Shown in pieces: positions 50,459-59,679 of a DNA stretch of 64,000 bases. The first letter of the stretch is position 1. Every line of letters starts with the position of its first letter. Where the stretch lies: positions 73,853 to 137,852 of the forward strand of contig JAHEYD010000003.1 in the NCBI GenBank assembly GCA_023251795.1. Reading direction: 5' to 3'. The notes beneath the pieces were generated by a model. The model had not been told where the DNA came from. It did no database searches and saw nothing but the letters and a program-made list of their open reading frames with translations. The DNA is from Nitrosotalea sp. (GTDB lineage Archaea; Thermoproteota; Nitrososphaeria; Nitrososphaerales; Nitrosopumilaceae). The position numbers and the translations under genes are program-made.

Positions 50459-51016
50459 ATGCTTTTCGTTGGCGACATTCACGGTGACCTGACACTACTC
50501 CCGAAGGGGTATGTTGGTGATGTGGTTCAGGTTGGTGATTTCGGTATTGGATTTATCCCTACTCCGGAACTGGAACCCAATACCAGATTCATTCGTGGTA
50601 ATCACGATAACCCGGAAGCTTGTAGGGTTCACCCGAGTTACATAGGCGATTGGAAGGTTGAGAACGATATCCTGTACATTTCGGGTGCTTGGTCAATTGA
50701 TTTCGCCATTCGGACGCCTTTTGTGAATTGGTGGCCTGACGAGGAACTCACTTTTAGTCAGATGAACAGCATTCTTAATGTGGACGAGAGGATTGAAATG
50801 GTTGTGTCGCACGATGTTCCGTCGTCAGTGTACAGCGAGCATCTTTCGTCCCAAATTCTTCTTAGTGCGACACCAGAGTTTCTTGAGGAAGTGCTCAATA
50901 AGTTCAATCCTAAGGTGTGGGTTGCTGGTCACCATCACGTTTCCAAAGAATTTTCCCATAGCGGATGCAAGTTTCATATGCTTGGAATTGGCGAAAAGAA
51001 AGAGATAGGGCAATAA
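50459..51016 (+). CDS. calcineurin-like metallophosphoesterase
   Basis: VGDIHGD, VGDFG, GNHDN, SHD and GHHH motifs. Confidence 0.75.
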   Translation: MLFVGDIHGDLTLLPKGYVGDVVQVGDFGIGFIPTPELEPNTRFIRGNHDNPEACRVHPSYIGDWKVENDILYISGAWSIDFAIRTPFVNWWPDEELTFSQMNSILNVDERIEMVVSHDVPSSVYSEHLSSQILLSATPEFLEEVLNKFNPKVWVAGHHHVSKEFSHSGCKFHMLGIGEKKEIGQ

Positions 51017-51017
51017 A

Positions 51018-51332
51018 ATGAAGATTTGGCTTGATGATTGTCGGATTCCACCTGATGGTTGGATTTGGGCTAAGAATTCTATGGAGTTTTGCAGTATCAT
51101 TCGAGCCGATGGTCGTCCTGAAAAGGTATCGTTCGATCACGACCTAGGAGACGATTCCCATGACGGTTCATGGTGTGCTTCTTGGCTGATCAACCGTGGT
51201 CTTGACCTGAATTGGGTACCGTCTCAGTGGGAAGTTCACTCAGACAACCCGTGTGGAAGGGACAACATTGTTTCCAAGATGAGATCTTGGGATAAAGTTT
51301 GGGTGGATTCCAACGTCCCTGTTACTTGTTAG
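51018..51332 (+). CDS. receiver-like small protein (resembles the cyclic-phosphate-processing receiver family)
   Basis: KIWLDD.R.PPDGW...SFDHDLG...G......HS.NP.G pattern. Family assignment recalled from memory. Confidence 0.35.
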   Translation: MKIWLDDCRIPPDGWIWAKNSMEFCSIIRADGRPEKVSFDHDLGDDSHDGSWCASWLINRGLDLNWVPSQWEVHSDNPCGRDNIVSKMRSWDKVWVDSNVPVTC

Positions 51333-51340
51333 GGTGATGT

Positions 51341-51547
51341 ATGAGTAATGGGTACCCAACGCCAAAGCAGTACGTTGATACTCTGCGTCATATTACGGAA
51401 GTCCTTGGGGTGACCGAGGCTGAAATTTCTGATGCTCTGCATGTAAGCCTCCCAACGGTAGCTAGGTGGCTTCAAGGGAAGAATCTACCGCATGGGGCAA
51501 TGAGAATGCCACTCATGCGTTTTATGGAGAGAAGGAACGAGAAATGA
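51341..51547 (+). CDS. HTH (Cro/XRE-like) DNA-binding protein
   Basis: GVTEAEISDALHVSLPTVARWLQG helix-turn-helix. Confidence 0.55.
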   Translation: MSNGYPTPKQYVDTLRHITEVLGVTEAEISDALHVSLPTVARWLQGKNLPHGAMRMPLMRFMERRNEK

Positions 51548-51552
51548 ACTTC

Positions 51553-51629
51553 GGGTCAGTGGTCCAACTGGCAGAGGCGGGAGTCTCAAAAACTCCATGT
51601 TCGGGGTTCGAATCCCCGCTGACCCACCA
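51553..51629 (+). tRNA. class I-shaped tRNA with anticodon CAA (Leu codon)
   Basis: Acceptor GGGTCAG/CTGACCC. Arm GGAGT-CTCAAAA-ACTCC. 5-nt variable loop ATGTT. T-arm CGGGG-TTCGAAT-CCCCG. A73 and CCA. Confidence 0.65.
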
Positions 51630-51647
51630 AATCTTTCTAGGTGAAGT

Positions 51648-52145
51648 ATGATATGGTTTACTGCAGATACTCATTTTGGTCACAAAGGGATAATTGACCA
51701 TTGTTCTCGTCCGTTCTCTTCTGTTGAGGAAATGGACGAGAGCATTCTTTCTACTATCAACAAGCTGGTTCAGCCAAACGACACACTTATTCATCTTGGG
51801 GATTTCTGTTGGCTGGAGAAGAATCTCCCTACTTATTTTGGTAGTATTAATTGTCTCAACAAGCATCTTGTTATTGGGAACCACGACGACAAGTCTGCGA
51901 AGAAATACTTCGATAGCGTGAAGGATATTTGGTATTTCCGTCACAATAACCGGAAGATTGCATTGTGTCATTACCCGTTCCATTCATGGAGACGCGGGTG
52001 GTTTCACCTTCACGGTCACTGTCATGGTACAGCACCAGTGAAACCCGGAAGAATTGATATCGGTTGGGACGTTTGGAAAAGGCCGGTAAGCTTTGATGAA
52101 ATAATTGAGACGTTCGACAGTCAACCACCTATGGAGAAATACTAA
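51648..52145 (+). CDS. metallophosphoesterase (Metallophos_2-like)
   Basis: FTADTHFGH, HLGDF, GNHD, HGHCHG motifs. Confidence 0.7.
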   Translation: MIWFTADTHFGHKGIIDHCSRPFSSVEEMDESILSTINKLVQPNDTLIHLGDFCWLEKNLPTYFGSINCLNKHLVIGNHDDKSAKKYFDSVKDIWYFRHNNRKIALCHYPFHSWRRGWFHLHGHCHGTAPVKPGRIDIGWDVWKRPVSFDEIIETFDSQPPMEKY

Positions 52146-52342
52146 TGTGCGACGTGTGCTTGGTAGTTGGTATAGTCCTAGACGCTGTGAAGTGCAAGGA
52201 TGGTATGCTAGTTATGACTCAGCCAATTTGTGATTCAATCAGGAAGATCAAAGAGAAGCGTCTCATTGATAATAAGTTCGACCAAGCGTCCGAGGAAGCT
52301 AGGAGACAATCTTTCAACTATTGCAAAAGAGACAAGAAATGA
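52145..52342 (+). CDS. hypothetical small protein
   Basis: TAATG overlap. ORF track. Confidence 0.4.
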   Translation: MCDVCLVVGIVLDAVKCKDGMLVMTQPICDSIRKIKEKRLIDNKFDQASEEARRQSFNYCKRDKK

Positions 52343-52569
52343 ATATGAAATTTACTATTGAGTGTGAAATGAACGAGCGTTGGGTACCACATTTCTTATC
52401 TATGCTTCTACACATGGAACACCTTGGCATTATTGGTGGTAGTAGGGAAGTCGGTATATACTCGGATGGGGATGGGGATTTTCGGCCGAAGTTTCGGACA
52501 AATATTGATTTTGAAATTCAGGAACCATCTAGGAACGAGCGCGGGAATCATCTTTACGACGCCGGGTAG
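52339..52569 (+). CDS. hypothetical small protein
   Basis: ATGA overlap. Internal start of ORF 52321..52569. Confidence 0.4.
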   Translation: MNMKFTIECEMNERWVPHFLSMLLHMEHLGIIGGSREVGIYSDGDGDFRPKFRTNIDFEIQEPSRNERGNHLYDAG

Positions 52570-52577
52570 GGGGTATA

Positions 52578-52607
52578 TTGACAGAATATATACCCCTATG
52601 ATATAAT
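52578..52607 (+). promoter_or_regulatory. phage promoter family copy
   Basis: TTGACA 52578-83, N18, TATAAT 52602-07, leader TTTCTTACTGAAGGAAGGGAAAATG. Confidence 0.7.
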
Positions 52608-52629
52608 TTTCTTACTGAAGGAAGGGAAA

Positions 52630-53475
52630 ATGGCCAAAAAGACCGTGAACACTCCCAAGGCGGCGTACAAGAGCACGGCGAAGGTTGTGATCTCGTTTGG
52701 TATGATCGCCGCCCCCGTGAAGCTTTACAAAGCGTCCGAGGATGTTGACATTCACTTCAACCAGCTTCATTCGACTTGCGGCCACCGTCTCAAGCAGCAA
52801 CCGATGTATTGCCCGCACTGCTCCGACAGGGAGGGTAGCAAAGTCGAAGTCGCCAAGGAAGAGATCATCAAGGGGTTCGAAGTTGCGGACAATAGCTACG
52901 TCACTTTCACCGACGAGGAGATTGCTTCCGCCACGATGGGCAAGGATTCCAAGGTTGTAATCAAGGAATTTGTTCCGGCTGATTCGCTCGACCCGATCTA
53001 CTTTGATGGTGATGTTCAGTTCGTTGGTCCTGATAATGGCGGCGAAAAGGCTCTGGCGCTGATCGCCAATGCGCTCGCCAAGACGAACCGCGTGGCGATT
53101 GCTCAGATGGTTTCCCGTGGTCGCCTTCGCCTCGTTGCCCTTCGCTCGATGATGAACAGCGGCGGTTACTGGTCGTTGGTAATGCAGAACCTTCGCTACA
53201 ATGATGAAGTTCGCGACGCTTGCGGTATCCCCGGATTCGATACCCCGGTGACGGCTGAGGAACTGGACCTTGCTACGCTGCTCGTTGCCAAGGCCACTTC
53301 CGAGAAGTTCAACCCGGACAAGTACACCGACGCGGTTCGCATCAAGCTTTACGAAATGATTGATGCCAAGAAGACCGGTGCCGTTGTCGAGATTATCAAT
53401 GAGAAGGGCTACGACCCGGCTTCCGGTTTCGATCTCGCCGCTGCTCTCCGCGCTACGCTCGAATCGATCAAGTGA
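52630..53475 (+). CDS. ku: Ku protein (bacterial-type NHEJ end-binding)
   Basis: ISFGMIAAPVKLYKASED.DIHFNQLH...C.HC...V....IIKGFEV....YV.FTDEE is collinear with bacterial Ku. Confidence 0.85.
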   Translation: MAKKTVNTPKAAYKSTAKVVISFGMIAAPVKLYKASEDVDIHFNQLHSTCGHRLKQQPMYCPHCSDREGSKVEVAKEEIIKGFEVADNSYVTFTDEEIASATMGKDSKVVIKEFVPADSLDPIYFDGDVQFVGPDNGGEKALALIANALAKTNRVAIAQMVSRGRLRLVALRSMMNSGGYWSLVMQNLRYNDEVRDACGIPGFDTPVTAEELDLATLLVAKATSEKFNPDKYTDAVRIKLYEMIDAKKTGAVVEIINEKGYDPASGFDLAAALRATLESIK

Positions 53476-53482
53476 GGCGATA

Positions 53483-54247
53483 ATGATTAAGCCTCAGCTA
53501 CTTACCACGACCACCGTTGAAGAAGCTTCGAAGCTTATTGTTGATGATCGCTTCTGGATTCAGCAGAAGTACGATGGTAAGAGGGTGCTTCTGAACTGTG
53601 GTAAGTCTCTTGTTGGTCTTTCTAGAAATGGCAATTTTGTGAAGCTTCCTGAGTGCATCAAGCGGGATATGGCGCGGATCGCCGCCAAATTTGACGGTGG
53701 AGCTATTCTCGATGGGGAGATAATTGGTAACCAAGTCTTCGTGTTTGATGTGATTGGTGTTGGACCGTACGAGGCTAGGATGAAGTGGCTCCGTGAAAAT
53801 CTTTCTGGCGATAGTCTGGTTCTTGTCTACACTGCCACCACTACGGAAGAGAAAATTGCGCTGGTCAGTAGCTTGATTAACGTAAAGGCGGAAGGTGTTG
53901 TAATCAAGAACAAGAACACCGAATACTGCTTTGGCCGTTCGCCGCTCAATTTCAAGCTGAAATTCTACAAGACCGTTTCTCTGGTGGTGGTTGGATACGA
54001 CCCTGATGGGAAGAGATCGGTTATCGCAGCAGTTTACAGCGAGGGCGAATTGGGAGGAGATTGCAGCAAGATATATACTTCCAGAATTGGGGTTCCGGTT
54101 AATATTGAAATCCCGAAGCTTGGATCGGTTATCGAAGTTAGATTCCTGACCACTACCGAAGATTTCAAGTTGATTCAGCCTGTTTTGCTCGGTGTCAGAG
54201 ACGATATCTCTATTAGCGATTGTAAGACTTCCCAAATCAGGGGGTAA
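53483..54247 (+). CDS. minimal ATP-dependent DNA ligase (254 aa)
   Basis: Motif I KYDGKR, III ILDGEI, IV EGVVIKN, V FKLKFYK. The ATG follows GAGG, 8 nt after the Ku stop. Confidence 0.8.
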   Translation: MIKPQLLTTTTVEEASKLIVDDRFWIQQKYDGKRVLLNCGKSLVGLSRNGNFVKLPECIKRDMARIAAKFDGGAILDGEIIGNQVFVFDVIGVGPYEARMKWLRENLSGDSLVLVYTATTTEEKIALVSSLINVKAEGVVIKNKNTEYCFGRSPLNFKLKFYKTVSLVVVGYDPDGKRSVIAAVYSEGELGGDCSKIYTSRIGVPVNIEIPKLGSVIEVRFLTTTEDFKLIQPVLLGVRDDISISDCKTSQIRG

Positions 54248-54249
54248 AG

Positions 54250-54942
54250 ATGGCTCGTCAGAAGATGCCGCATTATTACGAGGGTAAAGTTAATAGGGAT
54301 ACCCAAAAAGCCAAAAAGGAAGTAGTTGTCAAGAAAGAAGTTCGTTGGGAAGATGAAGAGATTTTGGAAGACGATGGAATTGTTTGGGTGCACCCCAATA
54401 GTTGGGATTGTTTCTATATTGGGATGCGGGCGAGAGCCAAGACCACAAGTGGAAATCTTCTTGGAAGTATTTCTTTGATTGGTGATTTCGAGCACGGTGA
54501 CAAGAATGTTACTATTACTATCGATGATATGGATGGGGTTGTAATCTCCCTTCCGGCATTCAAGTACATATTCATTAAGAAGGATGAAAAGAATCACGCT
54601 GAAAAACCAGTTTTGAAGGGCACTAAAGGAAACCGGCAATTGGTTGTCGGTATTAAGAAAGAGCAGAAGGATGATATGGAGGTTGTTATGGCGAAGAAGG
54701 TAAACGAAACGGTCCCGGAGCCTCAGGAAGACACTCAGAATACCGAATCCGGCCCGGAATATTCTCTGAGTATGAATGGCCTTTCCAAGGCTTCCGGTGT
54801 GTCAACGATCACCCTCAGGAAGTATATGGAGAAATACGCTTCCGAGATCCCGCACCAGAAGATAGGAAATAATTATAAGTTTTCTGAGGCTGCCGCTGCT
54901 GTGGTTCAGGCTATCAAGGCACGCAATAACCCGAATCAGTAA
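54250..54942 (+). CDS. hypothetical protein with C-terminal MerR-like HTH
   Basis: YSLSMNGLSKASGVSTITLRKYMEKYASEIP is the same HTH type as the repeats in the 34265..35044 gene. Confidence 0.45.
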   Translation: MARQKMPHYYEGKVNRDTQKAKKEVVVKKEVRWEDEEILEDDGIVWVHPNSWDCFYIGMRARAKTTSGNLLGSISLIGDFEHGDKNVTITIDDMDGVVISLPAFKYIFIKKDEKNHAEKPVLKGTKGNRQLVVGIKKEQKDDMEVVMAKKVNETVPEPQEDTQNTESGPEYSLSMNGLSKASGVSTITLRKYMEKYASEIPHQKIGNNYKFSEAAAAVVQAIKARNNPNQ

Positions 54943-54944
54943 AT

Positions 54945-55130
54945 ATGAAAATACCATACGGTGCTTTCACAATTTCCGAGTTACGCGACAGAAATTTTCC
55001 ATTGAGGCTTAGTAACGGGAAATGGATACCTGCCCGTCCGCTTCCTTGGGAAGGTATGGTATCTAGGATTCGTGCAGCGTGGGACGTTCTAACTCGTAAG
55101 GCGGATGCAGTCTATTGGATCGAGGGATAA
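54945..55130 (+). CDS. hypothetical small protein
   Basis: ORF track. Confidence 0.35.
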   Translation: MKIPYGAFTISELRDRNFPLRLSNGKWIPARPLPWEGMVSRIRAAWDVLTRKADAVYWIEG

Positions 55131-55643
55131 ATGAAGAAAGTGCTTGTTATTGGTGCTGATGGTGCGGGTAAGGATACTTTTGCTGATATTCTGTCAAAGG
55201 CTACTGGTTTGTCGTATGATTCGATGGCTGGATCTACTAGTAGGGCCATCCTGTACAAACATTTCGCTCAGAATGTCACTAATCTGACAGATCTTGAGGA
55301 AATCTATCGCAATAGGAGAAACAATAGGGAGGAATGGTTCGAAGCTGGTGAACGCCTCCGTAATCAGGATAAGTGTGCTCTGCTTAGGTGGTGTTTCAAT
55401 CGTGGGGATATTGCTACTGGAGTTAGAACCATTGAGGAGATCGAGGAAGCCAAGAAACAGACCATTGTTGATGTGATCCTTTGGGTCGAGCGACCGGGAT
55501 ACGTCAGTAAAACTTTCGGTATTGGTTTCCAGCACGATAGATTGGTTGATTCTGTTATTATGAACGACGAAAATATTGATGGCCTTGTTTGGCATGCACA
55601 CCGCGTAGCTTACAAACATAAACTTTACTCATGGATGCAATAA
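55131..55643 (+). CDS. P-loop kinase (dNMP-kinase-like)
   Basis: VIGADGAGKDTFADIL Walker A. About 170 aa, phage dNMP-kinase-like size. Confidence 0.5.
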   Translation: MKKVLVIGADGAGKDTFADILSKATGLSYDSMAGSTSRAILYKHFAQNVTNLTDLEEIYRNRRNNREEWFEAGERLRNQDKCALLRWCFNRGDIATGVRTIEEIEEAKKQTIVDVILWVERPGYVSKTFGIGFQHDRLVDSVIMNDENIDGLVWHAHRVAYKHKLYSWMQ

Positions 55644-55849
55644 TGCTAACTTCTAATGATAATCGTAGCGTTTTCGTGGAACATATCGTTATTGGTGTTT
55701 ATCCGGGAGCGAACATTGGTGACGTTATGAAGATAGCAGCAAAAATGTCTGTTGATAATGAATGTGATATAAGGTTTACTTTCAATGGTAAGTGGTATCG
55801 AGCCATTTACAAAGAAATAATGGAAGTTCTATACAGGGAGAGAGGATGA
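55631..55849 (+). CDS. hypothetical small protein
   Basis: ORF track. Start is 55631 or 55643. Confidence 0.35.
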   Translation: MDAIMLTSNDNRSVFVEHIVIGVYPGANIGDVMKIAAKMSVDNECDIRFTFNGKWYRAIYKEIMEVLYRERG

Positions 55850-55850
55850 A

Positions 55851-56123
55851 ATGACGAGATCCAGAGTTATTGATATTAAGTACAACAAGAAGTATGGCAC
55901 ATGGGATATCATGGACGGCAAGCGTCGGCTGATCGATTACAGCATTACTAAGAAGGGTGCGATCAAAACCGCCGTTTACCACGTCAGGAACGAAATGAAT
56001 CTCATGAAGGAACAGGTAACCGTTCGAGTCTGGAATAAAAAAGACAAGACTATATCGGGTGTTTCGGTCCCTGAACTCATTCGTCGTTATGGCGCTGGCA
56101 CCCGTGCCACCCGTTGGGATTGA
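55851..56123 (+). CDS. hypothetical small protein
   Basis: GGGAGAGAGGA RBS. Confidence 0.45.
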   Translation: MTRSRVIDIKYNKKYGTWDIMDGKRRLIDYSITKKGAIKTAVYHVRNEMNLMKEQVTVRVWNKKDKTISGVSVPELIRRYGAGTRATRWD

Positions 56124-56126
56124 CGT

Positions 56127-56750
56127 TTGGTTGTAATAGGTGTAGATCCGGGGATATCTGGAGCGCTTTGCGTTCTTACTGATAGTGGTGTCTCCCGAAG
56201 CTGGAAGACACCATTTATCCTAGTCAAAGATAGATACGCAAGACCTGTTCTCGATCTAGTAAGTTTTACCAGTATTCTAGATTTCATTGAAGATTTAGGG
56301 AACCCTGATTTGGTTATGGTTGAAGCTTCACAAATCAGGATGAAGACGAATTCTAGAAAAGCTGTTTCTGGTATATGGTGGTATGCAGGCATTTTGGATA
56401 CTGCTCTCAGGGTGCAAAATTGGAAAATTGAGTACGTACAACCGAAGCAATGGCAAGAAAAAATATTGCATCCATTTTTGAAATCAGAAGCAGCAAAAGC
56501 TTCGTTACCGTTGGAAGTCGTTTGGCCAGATGGTCACGACGAGTGGAAAGAAACATCTATTAGGTACGTACAGGCCGTAAATCCGTCGATATTGATTCCT
56601 TACGGTTCTGCGGTGAAAAAGCCACACGAAGGGGCGGCAGATGCTTTTTGTATAGCCCAATTCGCGCTCAATGGTGAGTATCATAGAGATTGGATTCATA
56701 AACCAACCAAGGCGTCGAAGATCAGGAGAACGAAGAATGCCAAAGTTTGA
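56127..56750 (+). CDS. RuvC-fold Holliday junction resolvase
   Basis: VIGVDPGISGAL (first Asp), VMVEAS (Glu), ADAFCIAQFAL (last Asp). TTG start. Confidence 0.65.
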   Translation: MVVIGVDPGISGALCVLTDSGVSRSWKTPFILVKDRYARPVLDLVSFTSILDFIEDLGNPDLVMVEASQIRMKTNSRKAVSGIWWYAGILDTALRVQNWKIEYVQPKQWQEKILHPFLKSEAAKASLPLEVVWPDGHDEWKETSIRYVQAVNPSILIPYGSAVKKPHEGAADAFCIAQFALNGEYHRDWIHKPTKASKIRRTKNAKV

Positions 56751-56952
56751 GTACACTATACCGGATACGATCAACGGGTATCTGAACGCACATGACTTGC
56801 ACCTTTTGTGTAATATTTTGATTGACTATCTCGGTGTTGTTGAGTATATTAGCCGTGGTTACAGCGTGGAGACTGTTAAATATCTCAACAAAAAGTTGCT
56901 TCGTATTCTTACTGAAATTGATATTCCGACGCCGCCACAAACCGAGGAGTAA
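56737..56952 (+). CDS. hypothetical small protein
   Basis: Internal ATG after AGGAGAACGAAGA. Confidence 0.4.
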   Translation: MPKFEYTIPDTINGYLNAHDLHLLCNILIDYLGVVEYISRGYSVETVKYLNKKLLRILTEIDIPTPPQTEE

Positions 56953-56955
56953 ATC

Positions 56956-57726
56956 ATGAAAGTAAAATCAGTGTTCGGACAGATAACAGGGTTGAAGTCT
57001 ATCATGGTTTTCATGATAGTTATACTACTTTCGTTATCATTTGTAGGATTCGTCATTCAGAAGAATTTTACTAGTAGAATTTCTGAGCAACAGGAAACGA
57101 TTGAACAATTGAATATGCAACTTCGAAACATGCAGCTTGTAATCGGTACGAATGGTAAAATTTTGACCCTTGAGAAAGAGTTAGTAGATCTGTCGAAGCG
57201 TAATAAAGCAGCAGGTAAGCGCGATCTCGGGGTTGACATACCGAATGTTGCATACAAAGTGTTCGAATTGGAGCAGCGCTACAAAGATGATGGGCTAGAA
57301 GCGTCGTTGCTGTTGGGTATTATTGAAACTGAATCGGATTTCGACCCGAGAGCCACATCTACTTACAAGGACGCTTCCGGTAACGTTAAGCCTTTGGCAT
57401 ACGGGATTATGCAAGTGGTACGCTCGACAGCATCGCCATACTTGCAGAAGCTTGGACACACTTGGTCCCCCGAGATAATGTATGAACCAACTATTGCGCT
57501 GGAAGTTGGCACTACTCACTTAGTGGAGCTACATCGTCAGTACATGGACGAGGGACTTGAGTTCACGCATGAATGGAATTGGTCTATAATGTCCTACTTC
57601 TGGGGCGAGCGTCCAATCAAGGACGCAATGAATCTCCCGTCGTCGGCTAGAAGGGAGACACCAGCGTTCGGTTATTGGAACAGAGTTCGTGAAGCACAAC
57701 TTCGATGGAAAGCAAAAGGATTCTAA
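56956..57726 (+). CDS. membrane-anchored lytic transglycosylase (SLT domain)
   Basis: N-terminal TM. LLLGIIETESDFDPRA...YGIMQV catalytic Glu motif. Confidence 0.7.
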   Translation: MKVKSVFGQITGLKSIMVFMIVILLSLSFVGFVIQKNFTSRISEQQETIEQLNMQLRNMQLVIGTNGKILTLEKELVDLSKRNKAAGKRDLGVDIPNVAYKVFELEQRYKDDGLEASLLLGIIETESDFDPRATSTYKDASGNVKPLAYGIMQVVRSTASPYLQKLGHTWSPEIMYEPTIALEVGTTHLVELHRQYMDEGLEFTHEWNWSIMSYFWGERPIKDAMNLPSSARRETPAFGYWNRVREAQLRWKAKGF

Positions 57727-57728
57727 AA

Positions 57729-58262
57729 ATGGACAACGAGAAGTTGATAGAGTCTGTTTATAGTATCATTGAGCAGGAAATCAATAGAGCTAGAAATATC
57801 CACCCTCCGATGGTTGGGGAGGATCATGCTGCTGGCGTTATTATGGAGGAGATAGGTGAATTCTTTGAATCAATCCAGAAGCAATCAGTAAACCCGTTTG
57901 AATTAGCACAAGTGGCGGGTTGTTGCGTCATGGCTATCAAAGATCTTTACCCGTCATACAAGGTCAGTTGGATGCCTAATAGCGATCTAGAAATAGCAAA
58001 GCACCTTACTACCGATAGGATCAATAATAGACCAGAAAAAATGGTGGTTACGTACCATTCTGTGTACGCTCGACTATATAGGTCTTTGAATGGTTACATA
58101 AATGGTGCCACAATGCAGTTTGGGCAACATCTACCACCATACCACATTTCATTCTTAATCAGGGCTTTTGAGTATTGCGTTGATGGTTTGGTGAAGCTGG
58201 TAGAGGAATTAGATTCCAAGTCAATAAAACTACCAGCTTTTCAAAAATGGTCAGTTCAATAA
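57729..58262 (+). CDS. hypothetical protein
   Basis: Internal ATG of ORF 57705..58262. Confidence 0.45.
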   Translation: MDNEKLIESVYSIIEQEINRARNIHPPMVGEDHAAGVIMEEIGEFFESIQKQSVNPFELAQVAGCCVMAIKDLYPSYKVSWMPNSDLEIAKHLTTDRINNRPEKMVVTYHSVYARLYRSLNGYINGATMQFGQHLPPYHISFLIRAFEYCVDGLVKLVEELDSKSIKLPAFQKWSVQ

Positions 58263-58333
58263 TTATTATACAAATGTAGGTATAGGAGTTTTCGTGGTTG
58301 ACGGACGGTTCGAACGGTGCGAGAGGATACAAT

Positions 58334-59101
58334 ATGAAAATTAATGATGATCTTTTTAACTTTAACCCGTTTGTCGGACCGTCCGTTGGATTGACTCTTG
58401 ATGGAGAAACGGCTTCTGCAAATATATTCAATAATGATGATGCTAGGGATTTGTTTTCTAGCATACAAAATATATTTGCGTCACCAACTATAGACACCGA
58501 CCATGTAAGGTCGGTAGTAATACCGAAGGTAGTAGGGCTTTCGGACCCATCTGACAAGCAATGGCTACTTTGGTATATAGGAAATGTTGCGGGTGTGCAT
58601 CTTCCACAACTACCTTGGGTACATTATGAGGAAGATGCTTCGTCGTTCCTGTCGAAATTGAAGGGCATTAATTGGTCACATGTAGACGACAAAGTTGGTC
58701 TAGTTTTGAATATTATTAGCACTATTCTTAGTTTGATCAGTGCTGTTAGAAATTCGGTCAAGGGCGTGAGTATGTTATCCAAATTAATACCAGCGCTCGG
58801 GAAAACCGAAACAGAAATGGCAGAAGCAAGGGAAAAATTGATACCGTACTTAAGTAGTGAAAGAGCGGCTAGAATGGGTGGCCGTCCGTTTGCTTTGGAA
58901 TCTGTGAATGAAGGTGTTAATTGGGGAAAAATTGCGGACATAGCGAAAATAGTCTTCATGGTCATAGCGCTACTACTCCAAATGCATAGAGCACTCAAGA
59001 CCTCTAAGACTTTAGTTTCATTAGTGGGAAAGCACGTTACATCGGCATCGGATGCCATGAGCGGTGCTTCCGACGTAATAGAAATAGCAAAGGAAAGCTA
59101 A
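58334..59101 (+). CDS. hypothetical protein with C-terminal hydrophobic helices
   Basis: ATG follows GAGAGGA. Hydrophobic stretches LVLNIISTILSLISAV and IVFMVIALLLQM. Confidence 0.45.
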   Translation: MKINDDLFNFNPFVGPSVGLTLDGETASANIFNNDDARDLFSSIQNIFASPTIDTDHVRSVVIPKVVGLSDPSDKQWLLWYIGNVAGVHLPQLPWVHYEEDASSFLSKLKGINWSHVDDKVGLVLNIISTILSLISAVRNSVKGVSMLSKLIPALGKTETEMAEAREKLIPYLSSERAARMGGRPFALESVNEGVNWGKIADIAKIVFMVIALLLQMHRALKTSKTLVSLVGKHVTSASDAMSGASDVIEIAKES

Positions 59102-59102
59102 A

Positions 59103-59282
59103 ATGAACGTAAATATTGATATGAGGAACAAAGCAGCAATAGTTTTTGGTGTAGTTATGTTTCTTGTTGCAATGACTGGTATTATTTCTGATGCTCCAAA
59201 CAACGCCGCTGGTGTAACGTTGACGGTGTTGGCATACGCTGGTCCTGCGCTCGCGTACGCTGGCTTCATGAAGAAATTCTAA
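59103..59282 (+). CDS. two-TM small protein, holin-like
   Basis: Hand-translated 59 aa: MNVNIDMRNKAAIVFGVVMFLVAMTGII...GVTLTVLAYAGPALAYAGFMKKF. Confidence 0.4.
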   Translation: MNVNIDMRNKAAIVFGVVMFLVAMTGIISDAPNNAAGVTLTVLAYAGPALAYAGFMKKF

Positions 59283-59285
59283 ATT

Positions 59286-59474
59286 ATGAGAAATGATCAT
59301 AAGCGGAGAGAAAAGCAGCGCGGATATGCTAGATGGTTGTTATGTAATTTCAAAGTAGTAGGAAATTGCCCAAATTGTGGCGAGAAGATACTATATGGCG
59401 GTGGACATTTCGTCCCGCCATCATTAGGTGAACCCGGATTCTTTGTTTGTGATAAGGGAGAGAAAAATGCTTAG
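59286..59474 (+). CDS. small Zn-ribbon protein
   Basis: CPNCGEK...C motif. Confidence 0.4.
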   Translation: MRNDHKRREKQRGYARWLLCNFKVVGNCPNCGEKILYGGGHFVPPSLGEPGFFVCDKGEKNA

Positions 59475-59679
59475 AAAGTCTTTATACGTTGATACTGCTA
59501 CGGATTACCAGATAGAAATTTACATGAATGACGAAAACTTGCTTGTTATTGGCGCTGCCGATAAGAGAGGCACCAATATAGATATTGGCCTTACCCCCGT
59601 AGAAGTGAAAGAACTGCAAAAAGCCATAAGAGTGATATCTCGTTCGTTTAAACCGGCAAAGACGGAAAAGGATAAATAA
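59467..59679 (+). CDS. hypothetical small protein
   Basis: AAGGGAGAG RBS. Confidence 0.45.
   Translation: MLRKSLYVDTATDYQIEIYMNDENLLVIGAADKRGTNIDIGLTPVEVKELQKAIRVISRSFKPAKTEKDK

Noticed and set aside
53498-54235. 245-aa minus-strand ORF
   Set aside because: It is antisense to the ATP ligase, whose motifs I-V are intact on the plus strand.
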